From the NCBI GenBank assembly GCA_046485075.1, contig JAWOHR010000091.1, positions 19,668 through 83,667 of the forward strand: 64,000 bases of DNA, given 5' to 3'. A program made the translations under genes and the position numbers. The notes under the pieces were generated by a model. The model searched no databases. It was not told the DNA's origin and was given only the letters and a program-made list of their open reading frames with translations. The stretch is from Bacteroidales bacterium. GTDB lineage: Bacteria > Bacteroidota > Bacteroidia > Bacteroidales > GCA-2748055. Below, in pieces: positions 34,986-46,250 of the stretch (its first letter is position 1; each line of letters starts with the position of its first letter).

Positions 34986-36926
34986 ATGAAACAGTTCCTG
35001 GTCCTTACCGCAATCACTGCCCTTTTATCCCTTACAATTTCCGCCTGCAGTTCCAAAGAAATGGATCAGGTGTCCATTGATATCGCAGATACAGGCCCTC
35101 CCATTGAGAAGTATATCTACGGTCAATTCATTGAACACCTGGGGAAATGCATATATGGGGGTATCTGGGCAGAAATGGTTGAGGACCGTAAGTTTTATTA
35201 TCCCGTAACAGCGCATTTTAACCCGTATGATACCGCTTCAGACAAGTTCTGGGGGACCGGTCCTTACGAGTTCCTGAATGCATCTCCATGGGAGATCATA
35301 GGAAAGGGGGAGAATGTGCGCATGGAAACACGAAAGCCCTATACAGGGGAATATGCTGTAAGCGTTCAGGTTCCCGGTGATGGCAGCGCTGCGGGGATAC
35401 GTCAGTATGGACTGGGATTGGTAGAGGGCCAGACCTATACGGGAAGGATTATCCTTTCCGGGGAGCCTTCGTCCCTGCCCCTTGTGATCCGTCTCAGGGC
35501 GGAAGAAAATAGAATCGATGTAACCGTGAAGGATATTCATCCTGACCTTCAAACCTCGACATTTGAATTCAACTCCCCCTTTTCTTCTGACAGTGCAATA
35601 CTTGAAATTTTCAGTCAGGGCGAGGGTTCTTTCACCATTGGTACCCTCTCGGTTATGCCGGCCGATAATATCAGGGGCTGGAGAAAAGATGTGATCGCAT
35701 TGATGAAAGAACTTGATAGCCCGGTTTACAGGTGGCCGGGAGGAAATTTTGTGAGCGGATACAACTGGCTGGACGGCATTGGAGAACGTGATCAGAGACC
35801 TCCCAGGAAAAATCCTGCCTGGAAAGGGGTTGAATCCAATGATGTGGGCATCCATGAGTATATGGAACTCATGGAAATACTTGATGCGGAGGCTTTCATC
35901 GCGGTGAATACGGGCCTCGGCACCCTTGAAGAAGTCGTCCAGGAAATCGAATATGTAAATGGCACTGCAGATACAAAGTGGGGTAAGGTCCGCGGAGAAA
36001 ACGGGCATCCTGAACCCTATGGGGTGAAATGGTGGGCAGTTGGGAATGAGATGTTCGGTTCCTGGCAGCTGGGACATATGCCGCTGAGCGATTACGTCAA
36101 AAAGCATAACAGCATTGCAGAAGCCATTTGGGAGGTGGATCCTGAAGCCCGGCTCATTGGTGTGGGGGCTGCCGGAGAATGGAGCCGGACCATGCTTACC
36201 GAATCGGCCGATAAAATGAACCTGATCAGCGAGCATATTTATTGCCGTGAACTGGATTCTGTCAGTGCACATATTGACCAGATCGCAAATTCCGTGAAAC
36301 AAGTGGCCGATGCACACAGAAAGTATCGTTCCGAGATCGAAGGACTGGCGGAAAAGGATATCCGGATTGCCATGGATGAATGGAATTACTGGTATGGGGA
36401 TTATATCTATGGTGAATTGGGAGTCAGGTACCATCACAAAGACGCGCTTGGCATCGCAAAGGGATTACATGAGTACTTCAGGAATTCAGATCTTTTTTTC
36501 ATGGCAAATTATGCCCAGACTGTAAATGTAATCGGGTGTATTAAAACCACGGCAACCTCTGCAGGATTTGCCACAACTGCCATGCCCCTGATCCTGTATC
36601 GCAAGCATTTTGAATCCATTCCTGTTCAGGTAAACCATTCCATTCCAATGCTGGATGTGGCAGCCGCCATTTCCGAAGACAAACATACGCTCACCGTTTC
36701 CATGGTAAATTCGGATGATCAGCCGAAGGTCTTTAAGCTGGATACAGGTGGAGATAACATGCCTGGTAAGGTTCAGGCCTGGACCATCCATCATGAAGAC
36801 CCGGAAGCTTACAATATACCCGGGGAAGATCCTGAAGTAAGCATCAGGGAATCCGCCTACACGATGAAAAAGAACACCATTGAGGTGCCTTCTTATTCCA
36901 TCATGTTACTCAAATTTGATTTCTGA
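34986..36926 (+). CDS. GH51 alpha-L-arabinofuranosidase lipoprotein
   Basis: ISAC lipobox, YGQFIEHLG, RWPGGNF, VGNEMFG, MDEWNYW, AQTVNV. Confidence 0.9.
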   Translation: MKQFLVLTAITALLSLTISACSSKEMDQVSIDIADTGPPIEKYIYGQFIEHLGKCIYGGIWAEMVEDRKFYYPVTAHFNPYDTASDKFWGTGPYEFLNASPWEIIGKGENVRMETRKPYTGEYAVSVQVPGDGSAAGIRQYGLGLVEGQTYTGRIILSGEPSSLPLVIRLRAEENRIDVTVKDIHPDLQTSTFEFNSPFSSDSAILEIFSQGEGSFTIGTLSVMPADNIRGWRKDVIALMKELDSPVYRWPGGNFVSGYNWLDGIGERDQRPPRKNPAWKGVESNDVGIHEYMELMEILDAEAFIAVNTGLGTLEEVVQEIEYVNGTADTKWGKVRGENGHPEPYGVKWWAVGNEMFGSWQLGHMPLSDYVKKHNSIAEAIWEVDPEARLIGVGAAGEWSRTMLTESADKMNLISEHIYCRELDSVSAHIDQIANSVKQVADAHRKYRSEIEGLAEKDIRIAMDEWNYWYGDYIYGELGVRYHHKDALGIAKGLHEYFRNSDLFFMANYAQTVNVIGCIKTTATSAGFATTAMPLILYRKHFESIPVQVNHSIPMLDVAAAISEDKHTLTVSMVNSDDQPKVFKLDTGGDNMPGKVQAWTIHHEDPEAYNIPGEDPEVSIRESAYTMKKNTIEVPSYSIMLLKFDF

Positions 36927-36946
36927 ATCCATAAATATCATTTGCA

Positions 36947-38716
36947 ATGAAAAAAGCGAACTCCATATTCATACTTCGAAAGAGCAAATCCAAGGTATTC
37001 CTGACTGTTTTGATCCTGCAGTTTACATGGGCCGGACTCAGCGGCCAGGAAAGGAAGGTTACGAATTCACCGGTCTTTTCCAATTTTGTTTACCAGGGCG
37101 ATGACCAGGTATATAAGGATCATCCCCTGGAACCAGGTGAATTTTATAATCCCATCCTTCAGGGCTGCTATCCCGACCCCAGCATTACCAGGAAGGGCGA
37201 CGATTATTACCTGGTGTGTTCCTCCTTTGCAATGTTCCCCGGGGTTCCCATTTTTCATTCAAAAGACCTGGTAAACTGGACACAGATTGGTCATGTGCTG
37301 GACCGGACTTCCCAGTTGAAAGTGCACGATACCGGCATTAGTGCGGGTGTATATGCACCTCAGATCATCTATAACCCTAATAACAATACCTTCTACATGA
37401 TCACCACGGAATTTGCCGGGGGGTTTGGTAATATCGTCGTGAAAACGAAAGATCCGCTGGAAGGCTGGAGCGACCCTGTTAAGCTTGAGTTTAACGGGAT
37501 TGACCCTTCTCTTTTCTTTGACGATGATGGAAAAGCTTATGTGGTACACAACGATGCACCCGAAAGAGGGAAAGAGCTTTATAGCGGACACCGTGTGATC
37601 AAAATATGGGAATATGATATGACCAACGACAAAATTATCCCGGGAACCGATCTGGTCATTGTGGATGGCGGTGTTGACCTGTCGAAAAAACCAATCTGGA
37701 TTGAGGCTCCCCATATCTACAAAAAGGACAATCGCTATTTTTTAATGTGTGCCGAGGGAGGTACGGGAGGATGGCACAGCGAAGTTATTTTTGTGAGCGA
37801 CAACCCCAAAGGACCCTACAGGCCGGCACCAGGCAATCCCATACTTACCCAAAGATATTTTTCAAAGGAAAGGACCAATAAAGTTGACTGGGCCGGTCAT
37901 GCCGATCTGGTCAGGGGACCCGGTGAAAAATATTACGGGGTGTTCCTTGCAGTGCGTCCAAACGAAAAAGACAGGGTAAATACCGGGCGTGAAACTTTTA
38001 TTCTGCCCGTAGATTGGTCAGGTGAATTCCCGGTCTTTGAAAACGGACTCATCCCTTTGGAGCCTAAACTGAAGATGCCTGGCGGGGTAAAAGAAAATAA
38101 AACCGGAAAGGAGGGTTTTTTACCTAACGGCAACTTCACCTTCACCGATGATTTTTCTTCAGCAACGCCTGATTATCGCTGGATTGGTTTAAGAGGCCCC
38201 CGCGAAGATTTTATTTCTGTCACGAAAGAGGGTTTGCAGATTCATCCTTTCGGGACGAACATCAAGGAGATTAAGCCAACCTCCACCCTATTCTACCGTC
38301 AACAGCACAATAGTTTTTCGTTTACGGCGACCATGGACTACAAACCCGGATCAGAAAAAGACCTGGCAGGAATTGTGGCCCTGCAAAGCGAAAATTCCAA
38401 TTATGTATTCGGGATTACAAAGAAAGGGGATGCGTATTACCTTTTGTTGCAAAGAAATCAGAAAACCAGAAGAATGGAGGGTATGGATTCCAAAATTATT
38501 GCAAATACTAAAATAGATATTACAGGAGCTGTCCGGCTTCAGGTGAAAGCAAAAGGGGATGACTACGAATTCAGTTATTCGACGGGGGGCACCGACTTTG
38601 TGAACCTGGGCGGAACGGTTTCCGGTGATATACTTTCAACGGATGTGGCAGGAGGATTCACAGGTTGTTTACTGGGATTATACGCAACTTTAGCAAACGA
38701 TGCCCAACCCGAATAA
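36947..38716 (+). CDS. GH43 glycoside hydrolase
   Basis: NPILQGCYPDPS, GIDPSLF, IEAPHIY, GHADL, GRETF, AGGFTG. Confidence 0.9.
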   Translation: MKKANSIFILRKSKSKVFLTVLILQFTWAGLSGQERKVTNSPVFSNFVYQGDDQVYKDHPLEPGEFYNPILQGCYPDPSITRKGDDYYLVCSSFAMFPGVPIFHSKDLVNWTQIGHVLDRTSQLKVHDTGISAGVYAPQIIYNPNNNTFYMITTEFAGGFGNIVVKTKDPLEGWSDPVKLEFNGIDPSLFFDDDGKAYVVHNDAPERGKELYSGHRVIKIWEYDMTNDKIIPGTDLVIVDGGVDLSKKPIWIEAPHIYKKDNRYFLMCAEGGTGGWHSEVIFVSDNPKGPYRPAPGNPILTQRYFSKERTNKVDWAGHADLVRGPGEKYYGVFLAVRPNEKDRVNTGRETFILPVDWSGEFPVFENGLIPLEPKLKMPGGVKENKTGKEGFLPNGNFTFTDDFSSATPDYRWIGLRGPREDFISVTKEGLQIHPFGTNIKEIKPTSTLFYRQQHNSFSFTATMDYKPGSEKDLAGIVALQSENSNYVFGITKKGDAYYLLLQRNQKTRRMEGMDSKIIANTKIDITGAVRLQVKAKGDDYEFSYSTGGTDFVNLGGTVSGDILSTDVAGGFTGCLLGLYATLANDAQPE

Positions 38717-38720
38717 GCCT

Positions 38721-40319
38721 ATGTATAACCTTCCCCACAGCTTTATTACCCGCCCGCGAAAAGGAGCCATCTTTCTTTTTATGATCCTGTTTTGCAATGT
38801 GGCGTTTTCACAGGGAAATGGTGCCGTGAATCCTGTAATCTTTGCCGATGTTCCCGACATGTCGATGGTTCGTGCAGGCGATGCCTACTATATGAGCAGC
38901 ACCACCATGCACATGAGTCCCGGTGTACCCATTATGAAATCTGTTGATCTTGTAAACTGGCAGATCGTAAATTATGCTTACGATATTTCTGAAGATGTGG
39001 ATGAATTGAATCTTAATAACGGGAAGAGTGCCTATGGGAAAGGTTCCTGGGCCAGCAGTCTGCGTTACCACAAGGGAATCTGGTATGTTTCCACCTTTGC
39101 CTCAACAACGGGGAAGAGCTATATTTTTTCAACTAAGGATATAGAAAAAGGGCCCTGGAAAATGTCGGCTTTCACACCTGCCTATCATGACAATACCTTG
39201 TTTTTTGACGATGACGGACCTGTTTACATGATTTATGGCGCCGGAAAACTAAGGATCGTTGAACTTAAAGAAGACCTCTCCGGTATAAAGGAAGGAAGCG
39301 ACCAGGTACTCATCGAAAATGCAAGTGAACCTGCCGGGGCCCGTGCCGGTCTCCCTTCCGAAGGCTCTCAGCTCTTCAAAATCAATGGTAAATATTATCT
39401 CTTCAATATTACCTGGCCCAGAGGTGGGATGCGTACCGTGATCATTCACAGGGCCGATCACATTACCGGTCCTTACGAAGGACGTGTTGCCCTGATGGAT
39501 AAAGGCGTTGCGCAGGGCGGGTTGATCGATACCCCTGATGGCCGCTGGTATGCTTATCTGTTCCGCGATTTTGGATCGGTGGGCCGCATCCCCTACCTGG
39601 TTCCTGTAAAATGGGAGGATGGCTGGCCTGTACTGGGTGTCGGCGGCAAAGTACCCGATTCCCTGGACCTGCCGGCCAGCACAGGTTTAATCCCCGGTAT
39701 TGTGGCCTGTGATGAATTCAGCCGTCAAAAAAATGAACCTGAACTGCCTTTGGTTTGGCAGTGGAATCATCATCCTGACCATACGCTTTGGTCGGTTACC
39801 CGGCGGGAAGGTTATCTTCGTCTTGCTACAGGCCGGATTGATACCTCCTTCGTGATGGCAAAAAACACATTGACACAGCGCACATTCGGGCCTGTATGTT
39901 CCGGGTCAACCTGTCTGGATGTATCAAATATGAAGGAGGGTGATTTTGCCGGACTTGCCCTTTTGCAGAGAAAATTCGGACAGGTCGGGGTCAAAGTTGA
40001 AAACGGGATCAGCTCGGTTGTTATGGTCAGCGGTGAATCAACCGAACCTGTTGAAATTGAAAGCGTTACCTTAACCCATAAGAGGGTCTATCTGAAGGCT
40101 GAATGCGATTTCAGGGACCGCGCCGACATTGCCTATTTCTTCTACAGCATCGATGGGACCACATGGTCTCCGATTGGGAAACAGATCAGGATGGAGTATA
40201 CCCTGCCCCATTTTATGGGTTATCGCTTCGGTTTGTTCAATTATGCAACCAAAAATCCAGGCGGGTTCGCCGATTTTGATTTTTTCCGGATCAGCGAACA
40301 GGTTTCCTTTAGAAATTAA
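38721..40319 (+). CDS. GH43 glycoside hydrolase (xylosidase-like)
   Basis: NPVIFADVPD, STTMHMSPG, YHD, SEGSQ, AQGGL, GRIPYL, HFMGYRFGLF. Confidence 0.9.
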   Translation: MYNLPHSFITRPRKGAIFLFMILFCNVAFSQGNGAVNPVIFADVPDMSMVRAGDAYYMSSTTMHMSPGVPIMKSVDLVNWQIVNYAYDISEDVDELNLNNGKSAYGKGSWASSLRYHKGIWYVSTFASTTGKSYIFSTKDIEKGPWKMSAFTPAYHDNTLFFDDDGPVYMIYGAGKLRIVELKEDLSGIKEGSDQVLIENASEPAGARAGLPSEGSQLFKINGKYYLFNITWPRGGMRTVIIHRADHITGPYEGRVALMDKGVAQGGLIDTPDGRWYAYLFRDFGSVGRIPYLVPVKWEDGWPVLGVGGKVPDSLDLPASTGLIPGIVACDEFSRQKNEPELPLVWQWNHHPDHTLWSVTRREGYLRLATGRIDTSFVMAKNTLTQRTFGPVCSGSTCLDVSNMKEGDFAGLALLQRKFGQVGVKVENGISSVVMVSGESTEPVEIESVTLTHKRVYLKAECDFRDRADIAYFFYSIDGTTWSPIGKQIRMEYTLPHFMGYRFGLFNYATKNPGGFADFDFFRISEQVSFRN

Positions 40320-40351
40320 AACAACTATTTAATCATTTAAAAAGAGGTTCA

Positions 40352-42883
40352 ATGAACAGGATATTATCGCTTGCCGTTCTCCTTTCAATCGTAAGTTTCA
40401 TCCCCATAACCGGGGAGGCTTTTGGTCAGAAGTTACAGTTGAATGACCTTGAGTATTTTGAGACTCCCGGTGCTAATGTATTGGTTTTCAGCAGTCAGTA
40501 CAATGGTATGTTTTTCGACGAGAAAACAGCCGGTATTGAAATCATACAACATGGAGTCAGAACCTCCACAGGCGGTGCAGTCAGATTACAAAACACCCCC
40601 GAACAATGGGATCAGATCCCGGTTCTGGCTGACCGGAAGGTTACCAGGGAGACCCATCGCATCGAAGTGCTGTTACGTTACAAGGAGTTTGATTTTGATT
40701 CGAGGGTAACTGTGATTGCCAAGGATAAGGGCGTTGAAATAAGCGTTTATCTTGATCAGCCGCTTCCTGAAAAACTTGAAGGGCGGGCAGGTTTTAATCT
40801 GGAATTCATTCCTTCAGCCTATATCGAAAGAACGTATCTGATGGACGGAAAACCGGGCATTTTTCCCCTCTACCCCTCAGGCAACACAACCATTGAACCC
40901 ATATCGACGAAGATCCCTCAATTTGAAGGCTATACCACTTTCGATGACCGGGGAAAAGGCGAATATATCAATCCGGAACCTCTGGCCTCAGGAAAAACAA
41001 TTGCCATGGCTCCCGAGGATCCTCAGCATTTTGTAACCATCCGGTCGGAAGATGGGGAGATCATGCTGTTTGACGGGCGCAACCTGGCACAAAACGGATG
41101 GTTTATCGTGCGCGGCCTGCTTCCTGCCAAAAAGACCGGACAAGTATTAACCTGGTACCTGGAGCCAAATGCCATTCCGGATTGGGAAAGGTTGCCCGTG
41201 ATCGGGTTTTCACAGGTTGGTTACCAGCCCGGCCAGGAAAAAGTTTCCGTGATTGAACTGGATAAAAATGATACTCCCTTAAAAACAGCCTCCCTGTTCC
41301 AGGTAACCCCGGAGGGAAAATATGTGGAAAAGCTGAAAGGCGACCTCAGCCCCTGGGGAACCTATATGCGTTATAATTATGTGAAGTTCGATTTCAGCGC
41401 TGTAAACGAGCCCGGATTGTACTTCATTCAATACGGTGATCAAAAAACAGAGGCGTTTCCCATTTCACCGGATGTGTACAGGGATATATGGCATCCGACC
41501 CTGGATGTATGGTTTCCGGTGCAGATGGATCACATGGAGGTAAATGAAGCCTACCGCCTATGGCATGGGGTACCCTTTTTGGATGACGCCCTGCAGGCGC
41601 CCCTCAATTTTCAACACTTTGACGGCTACAACATGGGTGACACGACAGACACAAAATATAAACCATTGGAAAAAATTCCCGGTTTGACTGTTGGAGGTTG
41701 GTTTGATGCCGGCGACTTTGATATTCAAACCGGATCGCATTGCAATGCCATTCTCAGTCTTGTGGATACATGGGAAAATTTCAGGATTGATCGCGATGTA
41801 ACTTTTGTGGATCAGGCCACCCGTTATGTGGACATTCACCGTCCCGATGGCCAGCCCGATATCCTGCAGCAAATAGAGCATGGTGTCCTGAACGTAGTTG
41901 CACAGGTAAAAAACATCGGACATCCGGTCAGGGGCATCGTGGTTTCAAATCTTCACCAATACCATCACCTTGGCGACGCTTCCACGGAAACAGATAATCT
42001 TCCCTATAATCCGGATCTGAAACCCTATCAATCGGATGGAAAATCAAGCGGGACCCTGGATGACAGGTGGGCTTTTACCACCCGGAGTGCTTTCCTGGAT
42101 CATCACACCTCCGCAGCGCTGGCAGCAGCCCACCGGGCATTAAAAGGGTATAATGATACCCTGGCGGACCAGTGCTTATTTTACGCCCGGCAACTGTGGG
42201 ATGAAAATGATCGTCCCATGGAAAATGATACCTCCCGGTTCGCCTCCGCTTTCAGAAGGAGCATGACGTTGTCCTCAGCACTGCAGTTATACATCACGAC
42301 CAAAGAGGAAAAGTATGCCCGTCGGTTCACGGAGGCAATCTGGCCCACACTTGACCGGTCAGCAATGCACGGTATGAAAACGGCGCTACAGGCCTATCCG
42401 TATATGGATCAGGAATACCAGGAAAAAATGAAAGATTATGTGGTCAGATACAAAAAGTCCCTGGATGATGTAGCCGGACAGAACCCTTATGGTGTACCGA
42501 TCGCTGCAGGCGGCTGGGGAGGAAGTGGCGGTGTTGTAAACTGGGCGATTACGAACTATTATGCCCATCAGTACTACCCCGAAATGGTTGGTCCCGAATA
42601 TGTTTATAAAGGGCTGAACTACATTTTTGGCTGCCATCCTTATTCAAATATCTCATTCGTTTCATCTGTGGGAACACGCTCGAAAAAAATTACCTATGGC
42701 AATAACAGGGCCGATTTTAGCTTTATTGCCGGTGGCATTGTTCCCGGGATTTTACTGATAAAACCAGACTTTCCTGAAAACAAGGAGGACTGGCCTTTCC
42801 TGTGGGGCGAAAATGAAGTTACGGTAGGGGGTTGTGCCGACTACATCATGCTTTCAACTGCAGTAAATCAATTATCAAAATGA
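40352..42883 (+). CDS. GH9 glycoside hydrolase with long N-terminal domain
   Basis: SQVGYQP Ig-like domain, GGWFDAGDF catalytic motif, GCHP, WGENE. Confidence 0.85.
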   Translation: MNRILSLAVLLSIVSFIPITGEAFGQKLQLNDLEYFETPGANVLVFSSQYNGMFFDEKTAGIEIIQHGVRTSTGGAVRLQNTPEQWDQIPVLADRKVTRETHRIEVLLRYKEFDFDSRVTVIAKDKGVEISVYLDQPLPEKLEGRAGFNLEFIPSAYIERTYLMDGKPGIFPLYPSGNTTIEPISTKIPQFEGYTTFDDRGKGEYINPEPLASGKTIAMAPEDPQHFVTIRSEDGEIMLFDGRNLAQNGWFIVRGLLPAKKTGQVLTWYLEPNAIPDWERLPVIGFSQVGYQPGQEKVSVIELDKNDTPLKTASLFQVTPEGKYVEKLKGDLSPWGTYMRYNYVKFDFSAVNEPGLYFIQYGDQKTEAFPISPDVYRDIWHPTLDVWFPVQMDHMEVNEAYRLWHGVPFLDDALQAPLNFQHFDGYNMGDTTDTKYKPLEKIPGLTVGGWFDAGDFDIQTGSHCNAILSLVDTWENFRIDRDVTFVDQATRYVDIHRPDGQPDILQQIEHGVLNVVAQVKNIGHPVRGIVVSNLHQYHHLGDASTETDNLPYNPDLKPYQSDGKSSGTLDDRWAFTTRSAFLDHHTSAALAAAHRALKGYNDTLADQCLFYARQLWDENDRPMENDTSRFASAFRRSMTLSSALQLYITTKEEKYARRFTEAIWPTLDRSAMHGMKTALQAYPYMDQEYQEKMKDYVVRYKKSLDDVAGQNPYGVPIAAGGWGGSGGVVNWAITNYYAHQYYPEMVGPEYVYKGLNYIFGCHPYSNISFVSSVGTRSKKITYGNNRADFSFIAGGIVPGILLIKPDFPENKEDWPFLWGENEVTVGGCADYIMLSTAVNQLSK

Positions 42884-43440
42884 ATAAAAGAGAGTTGTCA
42901 CCAGAACAACAGGAAGAGGTGATCAGAGTAGTAAAAGCCCGTTTTGAGAAGAACATGAACCGGCATAAAACACTTGAATGGGATCAGGTTCAGGCAAAAC
43001 TGGAGGCTTATCCTGAAAAAATGTGGTCGCTCCATGAAATGGAAAGAACCGGTGGTGAACCGGATGTTGTGGGTCTTGATCAGAAGACAGGCGAATACAT
43101 TTTTTATGATTGTTCAGCAGAGAGTCCCAAAGGCCGAAGAAGTGTTTGTTACGACCGTGAGGGACAGGAATCTAGGAAAGAATTCAAACTGGAAAACAAC
43201 GCGGTTGATATGGCTGCTGACATAGGCATTGAACTTTTAACCAAAGCGCAATACCGGGCGTTGCAGGAACTTGGGAATTTCGATTCGAAAACATCGAGCT
43301 GGGTGAAAACACCTTCCGAGATAAGAAAACTTGGTGGGGCCCTCTTTGCCGATTTCCGCTACGGCCATGTCTTCGTGTATCACAACGGTGCACCCTCTTA
43401 CTATGCTGCAAGGGCATTCCGTGGCTCGCTAAGGGTTTAA
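42880..43440 (+). CDS. DUF4256 family protein
   Basis: RFEKNMNRH, MERTGGEPDV, DCSAESPKGRRS.CYD, KTSSW, YHNGA.SYYA.R.FRG; ATGA overlap with the GH9 stop. Confidence 0.85.
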   Translation: MNKRELSPEQQEEVIRVVKARFEKNMNRHKTLEWDQVQAKLEAYPEKMWSLHEMERTGGEPDVVGLDQKTGEYIFYDCSAESPKGRRSVCYDREGQESRKEFKLENNAVDMAADIGIELLTKAQYRALQELGNFDSKTSSWVKTPSEIRKLGGALFADFRYGHVFVYHNGAPSYYAARAFRGSLRV

Positions 43441-43466
43441 ATATTCCACATTCAGAAAGGAAAAAG

Positions 43467-45425
43467 ATGACGAAATATATGGTATGGCTGGTTTTTCTTT
43501 TTTGTGCCGGTGTGCATTCAGCGGCTCAAACTGATCATTATCTGCAGGAGTTGCAAAACCTTGCCGACATTTCGAGACTGCCCTTATACCCTTCCGGTGA
43601 AATAGAACAGATTTCAAGTTATGACAGAACCGGTGGGAATGATGATGGATTTTCCGGTAAATATTCATTCATAAGAGAGGAAGCAGGAGGATTGGTTATT
43701 GCCGAACTGAAGGGACCGGGTGTGATCAATCGCATCTGGACGCCTACTCCGTCAGCGGACCACATCGAATTCTATTTCGATGGTGAAAAAACTCCGAGGA
43801 TCAGCATTCCGTTCATAGACCTGTTCACAGGGAATAGCCATCCGTTTGTTTCTCCCCTGTGCGGCAATGAGGTCGGAGGGTATTATTGTTACCTTCCCCT
43901 GCCCTACGAAAAGTCATTGAAAATTGTGTTTAAGGGTAAAACCATCCGGTTTTTTCAAATCCAGTACCGAAGCCTTTCAGACACGGAGAAACTGAGATCA
44001 TTCTCCCTCACCATGCCCGACAACTACAAGGAGATATTCAAAAAAATCGGGGATCTCTGGAATAAACAAATCTCCCCGCTCGATTCATACGGAACCGTTC
44101 TGAAAGCAAAAAAGATCAACCTCAAATTACAAACCGGGATCGAAACACCCATTTTTGAACTTAAAAATGGCGGGCGCATCGTTGGAATTGAGATGGGTGC
44201 CGGTAGCGACCTTTTGCAGGCATATCGGAAAGTAATGCTTTCTGCCCGATGGGATGATGAGGCTGAAAATGCCCTGGATCTTCCGCTGCATGACTTTTTT
44301 GGTTTTGCCTTTGGAAAACCTGCCATGCAATCGCTGATGCTGGGGTCCAACCAGACAAAACTCTATTCATATCTGCCTATGCCCTTTGATCGCTCAGCTG
44401 AAGTACAATTGAAATACGACAGGCTGAGTACAAATGACCCTGACGAATTATTGATTTCGGGAACAATATATTATACGGAAAACCCACGGGATAAAAATAC
44501 CGAAGGCAAATTATATGCCCAGTCCCAAAGGGTCTATAACGGAGAAAATGGTATTCCGCATCCCATTGCCGATGTAACCGGGAAAGGCCATTTTATAGGT
44601 ACAATTCTGACCGCTCAGGGACTGGAAGATGGCCATACCCGCTTTTTTGAAGGTGATGATATCGCTACCATTGACGGGGAGATGAAATTGCATGGTACCG
44701 GTTCGGAAGACTATTTCAACGGAGGTTACTATGCAGTACTCGATAAATGGGACGCAGGATTTAGTTTGCCAATACACGGGTCGCTTCTATACGATCAAAT
44801 GACCTCCCGCACAGGAGGATATCGATTTTACCTTTCGGATAAACTGAATTTTGATAAATCGTTCAAACTGACCATTGAGCATCAGCCCGAAGAGGCAGAG
44901 AAGGTGAAAACAGACTATACATCCATTGGATTGTTTTATGCGGAAAAACCACAATTTGAAAATACAGAAATACGGATTGATGACAGGGTAACCAAAATTT
45001 CTCACCTGGACAAATTAACCCCGCAGGGAATGTCATTTACACTCTACTGGAAGGCAACTGCCGAATACCAGGACCCTGCAATCGTTTTTGGCCTGAACAA
45101 ATCGGATGAATGGTATGCAGCCGTTGACATGGAAGCTATTCCCATCGTGCAGGTCTCACTCACAGGATTGGACCATGGCCGGTACAAGCTATATATTGAA
45201 TACGGCGAAACCGACCATGGCAAACCTTTTAGCATATGGCAGCGTTCGAAACAAATATCAGAATGGATCCCCACAAAAGCAGAAATACCCTCCAATGCAA
45301 GTACAACCATATATGCAGGCGAAATTGAAATTACCGAAGAACTGAAAACGATTACCCTGCGCAAAAAACTGGAAGACGATGCATCACTGCGTATCTATAA
45401 ATTCCTTTTTGAAAAAACAGAGTAA
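43467..45425 (+). CDS. DUF2961 (GH172-like) glycoside hydrolase
   Basis: SSYDRTGGNDDG, GPGVINRIW, FFEGDD, GTGSEDYFNGG, IEH. Confidence 0.82.
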   Translation: MTKYMVWLVFLFCAGVHSAAQTDHYLQELQNLADISRLPLYPSGEIEQISSYDRTGGNDDGFSGKYSFIREEAGGLVIAELKGPGVINRIWTPTPSADHIEFYFDGEKTPRISIPFIDLFTGNSHPFVSPLCGNEVGGYYCYLPLPYEKSLKIVFKGKTIRFFQIQYRSLSDTEKLRSFSLTMPDNYKEIFKKIGDLWNKQISPLDSYGTVLKAKKINLKLQTGIETPIFELKNGGRIVGIEMGAGSDLLQAYRKVMLSARWDDEAENALDLPLHDFFGFAFGKPAMQSLMLGSNQTKLYSYLPMPFDRSAEVQLKYDRLSTNDPDELLISGTIYYTENPRDKNTEGKLYAQSQRVYNGENGIPHPIADVTGKGHFIGTILTAQGLEDGHTRFFEGDDIATIDGEMKLHGTGSEDYFNGGYYAVLDKWDAGFSLPIHGSLLYDQMTSRTGGYRFYLSDKLNFDKSFKLTIEHQPEEAEKVKTDYTSIGLFYAEKPQFENTEIRIDDRVTKISHLDKLTPQGMSFTLYWKATAEYQDPAIVFGLNKSDEWYAAVDMEAIPIVQVSLTGLDHGRYKLYIEYGETDHGKPFSIWQRSKQISEWIPTKAEIPSNASTTIYAGEIEITEELKTITLRKKLEDDASLRIYKFLFEKTE

Positions 45426-45437
45426 TTCTTTTGTGAA

Positions 45438-46184
45438 ATGCCCAACACCTGGTTTCAATTCAAACAGTTCACGATACAGCAGGAGAAAACCGCCATGAAA
45501 GTGGGGACCGATGGTGTTCTCCTGGGCGCATGGGCATCGGTTCCCGGACCCGGAAGCAGGGTCCTGGATGTCGGAACCGGTACCGGACTGATCGCTCTTA
45601 TGATTGCCCAACGAACAAGGGAAGTAATGGTGGATGCCTTAGAAATAGAGCCTTCATCTGCCAGGCAGGCAAAAGAAAATTTTCAGAATTCGCCGTGGAA
45701 AGAAAGACTAAACGCCATTCATTCTTCTTTCCAGGATTATTCTTCCCGCTGCCAATACCGGTATGACCTGATTATCTGCAATCCGCCTTTTTTCTCAGGA
45801 TCTCAGAAAACACCCTCGAAAGAGAAAAATCTCGCCAGGCACGACGACAGCCTGAGCCTAGGGGATTTTTTAAAAAGCTCCGTTTCAATTATGAAAGAAA
45901 CGGCTGTAATCAGCCTGATCCTGCCGGTTCAAAAAGAGACACAATTGCTTGATCTGATCCTGGAACATCAGATGTACTGTAACCGTAAAACCCTGGTTGT
46001 CCCGTCACCTGGTAAGCCGGCGAACAGGGTATTACTTGAATTTTCCTTCCATCCGGGGAAAAACCAGGAAGATGATCTGACCATCGAAACCGGAGGGAGA
46101 CATATCTATTCCGATCGATATAAAAATCTGACGGATGAGTTTTATTTATTTAATCATCCTTTACCGACTAAATTCACAACCTGA
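45438..46184 (+). CDS. yfiC: tRNA1(Val) adenine-37 N6-methyltransferase (YfiC/TrmN6)
   Basis: FQFKQF, MKVGTDGVLLGAW, LDVGTGTG, ICNPPFF, ARH. Confidence 0.9.
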   Translation: MPNTWFQFKQFTIQQEKTAMKVGTDGVLLGAWASVPGPGSRVLDVGTGTGLIALMIAQRTREVMVDALEIEPSSARQAKENFQNSPWKERLNAIHSSFQDYSSRCQYRYDLIICNPPFFSGSQKTPSKEKNLARHDDSLSLGDFLKSSVSIMKETAVISLILPVQKETQLLDLILEHQMYCNRKTLVVPSPGKPANRVLLEFSFHPGKNQEDDLTIETGGRHIYSDRYKNLTDEFYLFNHPLPTKFTT

Positions 46185-46250
46185 TAAATACTCGATAGGT
46201 AGTGGAAAATGAAAGCTTAAAAGAAACACAATCGTATATTTAAAGAAAAA

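Noticed and set aside
35238-36437. 399-aa antisense ORF
   Set aside because: It lies wholly opposite the well-supported GH51 gene and has no recognisable motifs; it is a codon-bias shadow.
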